A DNA stretch of 64,000 bases, taken from contig NW_003314297.1 in NCBI RefSeq assembly GCF_000143415.4, positions 1,642,890-1,706,889 on the forward strand, given 5' to 3'. The position numbers and the translations under genes are program-made. The notes below the pieces were generated by a model. It was not told the DNA's origin. It worked only from the letters and a program-made list of their open reading frames with translations, and made no database searches. Shown piece by piece: positions 27,307-38,200 of the stretch. This stretch comes from Selaginella moellendorffii (Eukaryota; Plantae; Lycopodiophyta). Position 1 is the first letter of the stretch. The number at the start of each line of letters is the position of its first letter.

Positions 27307-30300
27307 CCAGTCTCGGTCTCAACTTCGGACTCCATCTCTGTCGCGCATGTGACTTCGGGTATCGAAAGTTACCTGTCGACCTGTCCTTACGGACACTCTT
27401 ACCTTACTGCCACGATGGCAGGAGGTCGGTATTGCTGGACCCGTTATCAGTCTCCGCCTAAGCTAGTTGAGAAACTGGTCTTCGCATGTGCACTTGACCA
27501 GATGAGCATAAGGAAGGAATTCCTAAGTGTCTATTTAGTCAAGCATACTTGACCTGGTTAGAGAAACTCATTCGTTTGACTTGCACTTGCTAGTGTTGGG
27601 AACCCCCGTGATATTGAGCTTGGTCCCTCAATATCGCAAGATGATAGCTTACCGTGTCTGCCAAACACCCTCGCTATCATGCCCTTTGTGTTAGTCTCAT
27701 TTCGGTCCCAAATGCTATTTATGGAAAGTGTCCAGATTTGCTCATTTGGCATATCTACGGAATGTAGAGATCGTCCTGAACACAATGGTGTTCGTCCCAT
27801 GTCCAAATTCGCAATCTAAGGACATTCCATATTTAGTAAGTTTCGAGCTTGTCCCAGAGACTAACTCCTAATACTAAGGGAGGCTTGGGGTGAAAGCCCA
27901 AAGCGTGTGTTCCTCAAGGGGGGGGGGCTGTGGGGGGTTCCAAATGTATAGTAGGGATAGTGGGTAGGTCGGGCATGGCCGACCAACCTGAGGCATAGTC
28001 TAGCTCCCGCTTGCGTGCCTGTCCTTGTTCTGCGTCCGGCTTGGGTCTAAGCCCAAGTTCCATTCCATGCTAGTTGGTGGAGTACCCATATCCTCGCGTT
28101 AGGCCACCGGTATGCTGAAATAGCGCCAGACTCCGTTTGGCTCCGTTTTGCGTGCTGGTCCTGGCATTGGGATGCTGGTTACTCTAGGACTGTTCCAAGT
28201 CGCTCCGGGCTCCTGTCCCCTCGGTCCTTGGGCTTCATGCTCGGGAGTTGCTCCGTGGTTCGGTTCTGTCACTCCTCGGCTCCATGCTTGGGAGTTTGGC
28301 ACCGTTCCTTCGTTCAGTGGCCCAAGGCCTTGAACCTCGGGTCCTGTGGACACGTGGCATGGACACGTGGCATGTGACACGTGGCATCTGTCACGTGGCA
28401 CAAAGAGGGTTTAGGTTCCGCTTCGTGGTGTTATCCTATGGTAAATCACCATAGGATAAAAGGTCAAAACCACGTGCGCTACATTTGGTATCAGAGGATG
28501 AGTCTCAGCGAGTACTGTACAATGAGATTGGGCAACTAGTCTCGTTGCATACGCAGAGATGAAAACGATGATCCGAGTGGGTACACGTTTGGTGCAAAGG
28601 GTTCACGTTCGTTCCTTGGGTATGGTTTTTGTTACCTTGTTGTACCTTATGATGTGAGCTTGCTCTTGGGCTCATAGGATGGATTTGAGATGCTCCGTTA
28701 GCACGAGTTTACGCTTGGGCTCGTGAGTGAGGCACATTAGCAACTCGAGATTAAACTTTGAGTTGGCAGGATTAATGTTACCCTATCGGTGGTTCCATGA
28801 GTTGTTCCATGTACCGTGAGTGAAAGTAAACCTTCCCTGAGTTTGCTATGAGTGGCAAATAGGCTGGTCCGTAGCTGTTTAGCACGGCACTAGTGGATCC
28901 TTCCTAGGCATGGTTACAAGTGGATCAGTCAAGACTGTAGGGATTAGTCTATTGGTTCAAATAATCATTGCCGTGCTCTCTCATAAACTTCTCTTGGATT
29001 AGACTGAAAGCAGTGCGAAAGCAAGCTTGAGGTTTAGTCAAAGATGAGACCGGAAAGAGAGTCGTCGGGGACGAAGGATCAAACACGTAAATCATCTTCT
29101 CTTCTTGGAGGGATGATTTGCAACGAGGGGTGACTCATTGCTCGTGTTCACATCATGCAATCAAGAGTCCCTACCTTGATGCATCTTGGAGATGATGGTC
29201 TTACAAATGGTCAGTTATGGGATGGATAGCAGTGAAGCGCTATACCATTTTGTCTAGGCTTGCTATTGGAAGACTTGAATTGCAATGCTCAATTCTTTTC
29301 CGGAGAACCTTGCTATTGCTCCTTGAGTAGCTTGGTGTTAAATTAGTTTTGAGTTTGGTCGGAAAGAGAGTGGCATGAGTTTGTCCATGTTGTGAACAAA
29401 AGTTAGTGATGTTGAGTGTTATAAGTCTTTATCGGTGGAGTGTGGCATTTATGTTGCATTTTGTCGAATTGAGTTGGCACTTGATATTCACATAAACCTT
29501 TGAAGTAATGACATTGGCATTGCTAGTGGTGTTGCTCAATTGATGATCAAGTCATTGTAATTTCTATATCATATCCATGTGATAATGAGCAATGTGTTTA
29601 TGAAGTTGCTTGGTTAAATGATGATCAACCCCAAAGTGGTTGATAGTGAAGCTGGTCTACTTGCACGAAGTAGCATTGTAGTAGCTTTGACGGGATTCTC
29701 GATAGTGGTCCATTATGCTAAGCTTAAGTTGGTATGTTGTTCCTTTGAGAGTTGGCCCATAAGGTGTTGGAAAAGGGTTGTAGCATTCATTTGCTATAGC
29801 TCATAAGTTGATTCGTTAACACTTGGAGTAGATTGTTGGATGGAGAAGGTGTGTAGTTGAGGCATTGACATCGCTAACACTTGTGTTAGTGGAAGTGGCA
29901 TTGTTATTTCAAGTGATAAGGATTTTCCTTAGAGCTTGATTTTCTATGTCATTTTTCTTGTTAGTGTTTTAGCTTCACATTGGATCTTGAAGGTGGTTGA
30001 AGAAGAGTGTTAGTGCAATGTGGATATCCGAAGATGTGGTCTTCGTGATCAAGCCTTGGATGTTCACTTTGCATTTTACGGATGTCGGTGTTGGATATTG
30101 GAAAAATGGGCAGAAAGATGTTCGAGGCTTAAGCATACTATGGGTCATGAGAATTTGTGTTAAGGTGAACCTATGTGAAGTTGTTGGTAGGAGGAAGTTG
30201 GTTGAGTCTTGAAAGTTTGAATTCCTGGACTGAGAGTCATTCTTTCTCTAGGATGGAAAATTTTTTCTTAGACTTTTCCAATGGCTGATCTGTTATCACT

Positions 30301-33300
30301 TTATCCGAAAACCATTCCGTTTTCGTAAGCCAATACAAACTAGTGAAGGGGTTGGAGTTGACTTCGGTTAGCTTAAACCTTAGTAGATAGTTTGTATGAT
30401 GCGGCCCGAAAGGGATGCTAACTTTTGGGGCTAAGGCAATTGAGTTGGATAGAGTCTGGAGTTAGTGTAGAAAAGTGGCCGTTGCACTTTTCTAGAAAGG
30501 TGACTCTTGTGCCTTTCTTTTGTAGCGTTATGCTTGGTAGCAGGTTGCACTTTGCATTTCGTTAGACTCTATGAGAGTAGTGAGCTCTCACTGATCTTGA
30601 TTTGGTCTTGGTGGCTTTGCGCTTTGGCTGAGGATGGTGATGTCCAACTTAGTTGTTTGCAAGTTGAAATGTTGGCACCCGTACTGTAGCTTTGTCTATG
30701 AGGAGGTTGTGTACCGAAATGATCCATCTCATGGTCTTCACTTTAGTTTCGACTGAGTGTTGATCATGCATAGCTAGCCTCTTCAAGGCATACTCAGAGC
30801 TAGTGGCTAAATGCATTGGTGAGCTTATCGCAGTTGAGTTGGATTCGAGTGGTCATTTAGTTTGTGCTTGTCCATGAACATTTATCTCAACCTGGGGTAT
30901 CACGTTCATGTTGGACAAGTATATGACTCAATGGCATGAGTTTAGTGTTTGAGTCTTGTGAAGGCAAGTTGAGGGGTGATTGTTAGTTGCTTTGTGACTA
31001 GTGATTACTTGTAAACTTTGTCGAAAGACTATGACACTTGCTTCACTCGATGATGATTTAGTAGTGACGGGCTTGCTTTGCCGGATGGTGTTGCGGAGGA
31101 TCGTGTCATTAAACTTACATGGGTTTTCCATGTTAGCATGTCGACTCTACCTCTGTTAATATCATTTGGTTGCGTTTAGTTCGTGGTGTTGGATTTCATG
31201 GAGTCTTGGATGTGGTGATTCACTCCTTGAGGAAGTGTTATCTGTGACTGAGTATTGTTGAGAGATTGGTCTCGGATACTGAGTAAAGTATCTTCGACCT
31301 TGGTTAGCTTGGTTGTTAGAGAGTTTTGAGTGGTGATACACTTGTGCTTTCTTTTAGCTTTGTTCTAGTGTTGATGGCATTGAAGCGATGCCTTTTCATT
31401 GACATTGTTGAAGTTGATATTCAAGTGAAATGAGATATCTCTCCATAGGATTGATATTGAGTGTCATTAGTCTCAATGAAGATAGTGTTGATGATTTGGC
31501 TATGGCTTTGTGTTATTGGCATTCGTACATTTGCTAGTTAGCAACTATGTTAGCATTCAAACAAGCTGAGTGGCAAGTTTGAGTTAGTTGTGTTCTAGAC
31601 GAGATTATTTAGTAGGGGTTGAGCTTTGGCTTTTCCTTGAAAAGTGATTTAGTTGTGGATAACACTAACTTTACGAGATGAAGAGTTAGTGATTGATATT
31701 GGAATATTTGAATCCTTATTGGATTTGAGTTGGAATATATCGATCATTGATGATTCTTCTTGTGCTTGTTATGATGTGAGTTACGTCTTGCTATAGATGG
31801 ATTCATGGAGGATCGCTTGATGATCACTTGTCAAGCATAGCTTCGTTATGTTTAGCTTTTGGATTGATGCAGACATGCTCTTCATTAGCTTTGCATTATG
31901 AAGTTTAGCTTATAGATGTGTTGAGGAGGATATTGTGGGTTGTACCATGATTTCTTCTTTAGCATTGACGTTAGTCCATGCGAGACTCGTGATCATTATT
32001 AGGCAAGACTTGGCTATAGACTTCTTCGAGCTTTTGGTTCTTTGAGTTTTATGCTCATTGTTCCATTTGTTAGAAGTTGTTGGGGAAGACATTTTGGCTT
32101 GTTAGCTTCGATATTGATGTTAGTATTTGCGTCTAGCAATCATTGGCGATGATTGACTATCATCTAAGATAGTTGATTATCCTTGTCAAGGGTTTTGCTT
32201 GATTATTGTTGGTATAGAATGATTTGCTATTCTTCGGGATGGTAGATTCTTTCTTCAATGATGATTATGCATTTCTTTATTGATAGGATGATTGATGATC
32301 TTTTATGATGGTTAGTTGTTCTCTTTGATGGCTTTTGGCTTTTCGCAATACCACATATTCTTTGTGGTTTGCTCTGAATTGGTCTCTTGGGTTTGAGACA
32401 TCAGTAGGATGTTGCTGACACTTGTTTAGGCAACTTGAGTTCCTTGGTATTGTTGGTTGGGATCTATTCAGATTGGCTTTTGTGATAATTAGCAAGAATG
32501 AGTGTTTGTTGGTCTTACCACATTCATTCTCTTCTGTTGATTGTTGCTCGAGTTAGTTTTGATAGATTCGGATGTTATTTCCTTTGGGTGATACATTCGC
32601 GAGCATTTTGCTTGTCAGTCAATGATACTTTGTGTTCTTTGAGTTATCTTTCGTAAGTTGTTTGGCATTCTGTCTACAATCTTTAATAGTTAAACTTTAT
32701 CATTGAGTTTATTTGATGATATCCTTGCTATTGACCTTTGTTTGATGGTGAATCCTATGTTTACCAATTATGATGATCTTGGTGGTTCCTGCACTATAAT
32801 ACTAGTTTATCGGATGATAACTTGCTTAGAATACTTTTGTGTTCTACTCTATCATTGGGTTTAGATATCATTGTCTATGACTTTGATATTGTCCATCTAT
32901 TGATCTTTGAGTTTGGGCCAGTAATAGGCAGACTGGCTTCGGCACTTCGTGTGCATGTTGAAATCTCTAGTCATGGGGTAGCTACTGTCGACTGGTCACA
33001 TAACCCGCCTCTCTGTCGATGTTCCTTATTTCGTTGAAAGGGCGTGACCGTGTAAACAACTCTAACTGCCTGTTTACAGTAGTCTATCTAAACCTTACCG
33101 ACGGGTTTGGTTTCTTTGCTCAGGAGGGTTGGGGCCTCTAGCTTCTCTCTCTATGTCTCTGCGGGCAGGGCATATCACACTTTTGTAAGCTGGGTGACTC
33201 CCAGAGCAGCAGGGGTGGCTGACTCCGTTGGTTATTTCCTTGTCGGCGACGGCCGGAAGGTGTCTGAGCTGGTAGCGCATCCGCGTTAGACAAAGAGGTT

Positions 33301-35289
33301 GCCCCCTAACTCATTTAAGTTGGTGCATTTCTCACATAGTGTGAGTACCGTGAACTTTTTCTGGAGTTGTTTCCTTGGCGGTATTCTAGACTCGAGTATG
33401 CATCGACGAGGACGTCGATCTTCCCAAGGGGGGGAGAGTGTCGCGCATGTGACTTCGGGTATCGAAAGTTACCTGTCGACCTGTCCTTACGGACACTCTT
33501 ACCTTACTGCCACGATGGCAGGAGGTCGGTATTGCTGGACCCGTTATCAGTCTCCGCCTAAGCTAGTTGAGAAACTGGTCTTCGCGTGTGCACTTGACCA
33601 GATGAGCATAAGGAAGGAATTCCTAAGTGTCTATTTAGTCAAGCATACTTGACCTGGTTAGAGAAACTCATTCGTTTGACTTGCACTTGCTAGTGTTGGG
33701 AACCCCCGTGATATTGAGCTTGGTCCCTCAATATCGCAAGATGATAGCTTACCGTGTCTGCCAAACACCCTCGCTATCATGCCCTTTGTGTTAGTCTCAT
33801 TTCGGTCCCAAATGCTATTTATGGAAAGTGTCCAGATTTGCTCATTTGGCATATCTACGGAATGTAGAGATCGTCCTGAACACAATGGTGTTCGTCCCAT
33901 GTCCAAATTCGCAATCTAAGGACATTCCATATTTAGTAAGTTTCGAGCTTGTCCCAGAGACTAACTCCTAATACTAAGGGAGGCTTGGGGTGAAAGCCCA
34001 AAGCGTGTGTTCCTCAAGGGGGGGGGGGCTGTGGGGGGTTCCAAATGTATAGTAGGGATAGTGGGTAGGTCGGGCATGGCCGACCAACCTGAGGCATAGT
34101 CTAGCTCCCGCTTGCGTGCCTGTCCTTGTTCTGCGTCCGGCTTGGGTCTAAGCCCAAGTTCCATTCCATGCTAGTTGGTGGAGTACCCATATCCTCGCGT
34201 TAGGCCACCGGTATGCTGAAATAGCGCCAGACTCCGTTTGGCTCCGTTTTGCGTGCTGGTCCTGGCATTGGGATGCTGGTTACTCTAGGACTGTTCCAAG
34301 TCGCTCCGGGCTCCTGTCCCTTCGCTCCTTGGGCTTCATGCTCGGGAGTTGCTCCGTGGTTCGGTTCTGTCACTCCTCGGCTCCATGCTTGGGAGTTTGG
34401 CACCGTTCCTTCGTTCAGTGGCCCAAGGCCTTGAACCTCGGGTCCTGTGGACACGTGGCATGGACACGTGGCATGTGACACGTGGCATCTGTCACGTGGC
34501 ACAAAGAGGGTTTAGGTTCCGCTTCGTGGTGTTATCCTATGGTAAATCACCATAGGATAAAAGGTCAAAACCACATGCGCTACAATCTCGGACTCCATCT
34601 CGGACTCCATCTCGGACTCCATCTCGGGTCCATCTCGGGTCCATCTCGGACTCCATCTCGGACTCCATCTCGGGTCCATCTCGGACTCCATCTCGGACTC
34701 CATTTTGGGTCCATCTCGGGTCCACCTCGAACTCCATCTCGGACTCCATCTCGGACTCCATCTCGGACTCCATCTCGGGTCCATCTCGGGTCCATCTCGG
34801 ACTCCATCTCGGACTCCATCTCGGGTCCATCTCGGACTCCATCTCGGACTCCATTTCGGGTCCATCTCGGGTCCACCTCAGACTCCATCTTGGACTCCAT
34901 CTCGGACTCCATCTCGGGTCCATCTTAGACTCCACTTCGGACTCCAACTCGGGTCCATCTCGGGTCCACCTCGGACTCCACTTCGGACTCCATCTCGGAC
35001 TCCATCTCGGGTCCATCTCGGACTCCACTTCGGACTCCAACTCGAGTCCATCTCGGACACTCCCACGTGTCATGTGTTGGTCCTTTTGGGTCCCTTTTTG
35101 GAGCCTCACCTTGTGCTCGCTTCGTGCTCGTTCCTCGAGCACTTCGTTGGGAGTTCCACTCCCGCTCTTGACTTTTCAAGTCGGAGCTTTTGGTCCAAAC
35201 GTGTTACGCTCGTTTGGCTCTCACTTTGGCCACTACCATGTGGCGCCCTTCCGGCTCCACTTTGGGGCCTAGGGATTTTGTGTCTCACA
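26137..35289 (-). mobile_element. Element C: inverted solo LTR of the B family, split by element D
   Basis: 26137-27338 plus 34585-35289 is the reverse complement of the B LTR. TSD TCAAA on both sides. Confidence 0.9.
27339..34584 (+). mobile_element. Element D: young non-autonomous LTR element (LARD-like)
   Basis: Near-identical LTRs at 27339-28483 and 33439-34584, TSD ATCTC, PBS TGGTATCAGAG (28486-28496) and PPT AAGGGGGGGAGAG. The ~4.95 kb interior has no long ORF. Confidence 0.92.
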
Positions 35290-38200
35290 TCAAATTCATG
35301 CGTGAACTTAGGCGTGATGTGGTGGATAGAAAAGGGCCAATAAGGGAACAACTTTGGGATCTTGGGAACAGTATAAGGGTTTCCTCATAGAGTTGAGGAT
35401 GTGATTCAAATGAGCATTTGATCGTGGTAAACAACTATAGTTGGGATCACGGGAAAAATAGAGACTCTAAAGTGATAAAGGAGTCACAAGATTACCCTCA
35501 TATAGTTGAGGCTAGTGCTCATGAATTTGAGACCAAAATTTATGACCATGGGAGGTCAAATACGGAAAAGGACACAAGTCCTTGAAATAGTAACCAAGGC
35601 TACCTTTAATAAATGCTAGAACAACCCAAGGAGTTGGGGGTGTACTTAGAGGATGAGGGTGTATTCTCATCACACAGACAAGTGGCCATAAGGGGCAAAA
35701 GGTTGCCCCTAGAGAACAAATCGAGTGTTGGAGTAACACTTGCAAAGATGGTCCTTGTGAGTAGGACATGAATACAAGGAGTTATATTCTAGTGAGCTAG
35801 CACCTCAAAAGTAGGACCTCATAGGTCGTCGGATTAACAAAGTCGAAAAAGTCTGATGACTCTAATAGAGTCAAGAAATAATCCTAAGGGATTGATGGAA
35901 GAATTTGGATTAAGGTGTGTGGTACCCCACGAAGGATGGGGAGGATCTTGAGATCCAAGCATGAGAACAGTGTGTATCTCATTAATGGCAGAAGGTGCCA
36001 TGCTAAAGTCGTGGGAAAGAGTTTCCCAGAAGAAAACAACTTTGACGCAAAGTTGTGCGTGAACTCTATGGTGTAGTGCTAATGGATAATTGGCATAAGA
36101 GACAACCATATTGGTCTTGGCAAAAAGACTTAGACACAAGTAAAAAGTGTCATAAAGGTAGGTTCATGGAGCCAATGGTGTGGAGACACCGAATGTGCCA
36201 AGGCATGCTACCTTGAGGTCAAGTTGGTGGGTTCGTGAGAACCCCTTCCAAAGGAATCCCAATAGAAATGGGAATGGCATAACCTAAGTTAAAAGGCATG
36301 CAGTTAGAGTGTGGTGACCCAGATAATGATGGAGGTGTGGAATCACCAGCAATGAGTTGTAGGACTTGACAATTATGAGACAACTAAAGCAAAAGGTGCA
36401 TAATAATTCGTTAAATTAGTAGGAGGCAACTACCTAAGACTTGTTATTGGGATAAGGAAGTTAGATATACCCTTATGGGGGATAAATTGCTTATGTTGCG
36501 ACATAGTAAGTCAATGTCGAAAAGGGAATGCTCATTGTCAAAAAGGTCATCATTGCGACACCCAAACACTCTAGAACACCAAAAGGTGGTGTTTGGTGTC
36601 ATGAGGGTAATGAATAATGCCCAAGGGACAAAGTCCTTAACGAATGATAAATAGAAGGTGTTATCCAAATATCCAAAGTTGCGGAGATGGGAAAAGTCCG
36701 TCTACCTAAATCAGACAAAGCCAAAAAGGGGATTTTGGCAAGGCTAGTGATGGGTATATGAAGGCCCATAAGTAGCAATAGTAATCCTAGTGTGTGGGAT
36801 TACAAGGTGAGCAAACCCGGATTGAGGAACCACTCCCTAAACTGTCATGTAGGTTCATCCTTATGAATATTTGCTAAGGCATCGTAAAAAGTGCAAAGCT
36901 ATTTTCCTAATTTGGAGGAGAATAACCGAAGGACATGTATGAGGCCAAAAGGCAAGTAGTAAAGGGATAGAACCAAACCATAGAAATTGACAGGCATGAC
37001 CAAAGGTGGTTATGCAAGTTGGGAGTGGAGAATCAAATGGGGCGACCGGGATGCCATGGAGAGTCTAAAGCATGGGATTATCCATGTTAGACTATATGGT
37101 AATTGGAAAGCTTGCCAAAGGAGAAACCTTAGTAAGCTAAGGAACAAAGTTTCTTGAAAGTTTTCCTAGGTAGATAAGTACCTAGTTAGCCAAATGTAAA
37201 TGGTTCATAGAATGCGAGAAATCAGAATGGCGTAGCAAAAGTGTGGCCTTGAAGCTTGCCATGAGGTGAAGTTATTAAGGTTGGGAAAGTAATTCCCGAG
37301 TGTTCAAAGAAGAGGGCTTTGAAAGAAAGTCGATGGTTAAGGACTTTCACGCTTATACATGACGGTGGCCGGATGACTTGCTAAGTAAGATTAGCAAGTC
37401 GGGGGAACGAATACCCTAGTTGAAGGAGCCAACTCCAAAGGGGTGGCTCATGAGGCCGAGCATGAAGGAGTCCATGCATGATCACAGACATGTCAAGGGA
37501 GAGGACTTGGTAGTGCGGAGGAACTAGGTTCCTAAGCTGTGATTTGTAACGCGCTTTAAATACATGTTGGTGCACCGGCGTGGGAAGTCACGCCAAGCAT
37601 CTTGTGCGGTGCCATCCGTAGATACATATACGGAGGTTGGGTTCGAGTCCCGACCCTTTAGTGCTTGGGTTTGAATCCTAAATCACTAGGGCGTGATAAT
37701 AGTTTGGAAAATGAGGACACTCAATTTTCGGTGGTCATGGACTCTCAGTGAGGAGATTAGTTTAGGCACACCACCAAGCAAGGGATGCCTCGGAGTCATG
37801 ATGCACAGTTAGATTGCTTAGTGTGGCTCGGCATATCTAACTTGAACGCTTGGTGCGAGTGGCACCAAAGATGTGGTGAATGAAATGGGGACACCCAATC
37901 TCAATTGCTATAGGCCCTTAGCTAAAAGGGTTAGCTTGGGTGCACCGCCAAGTGTGGGGGATGCCCCCGGGGTCATGGTGAACAATTTAAAGGTTGAGAA
38001 GACTTAGTACCTATTGGCAAACCTATCAAGGTGCCAAAATGAGATCACTCGGTGATCTTGTGGCTAAATAGGGATAAGGTCCTTATTTAGGTAAGAAATA
38101 AGGTTCTTAGTTCAAATTATAGTTCAAAGTGTTAATTTGAACAATTGATAATCATGTGGCTTGGTCAAGGTGACCAAGTGGGAAGAACACCTAAGGGAAA

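Noticed and set aside
24415-27552. Ser-Asp, Glu-Ser, Leu-Gly and Pro-Arg repeat ORFs resembling SD-repeat adhesins (also at 34482-35343 and 39180-40093)
   Set aside because: They are open in several frames on both strands because of stop-free tandem repeats inside LTRs.
34585-35057. CRISPR-like regular repeats
   Set aside because: The units are contiguous with no unique spacers, in a eukaryotic LTR context.
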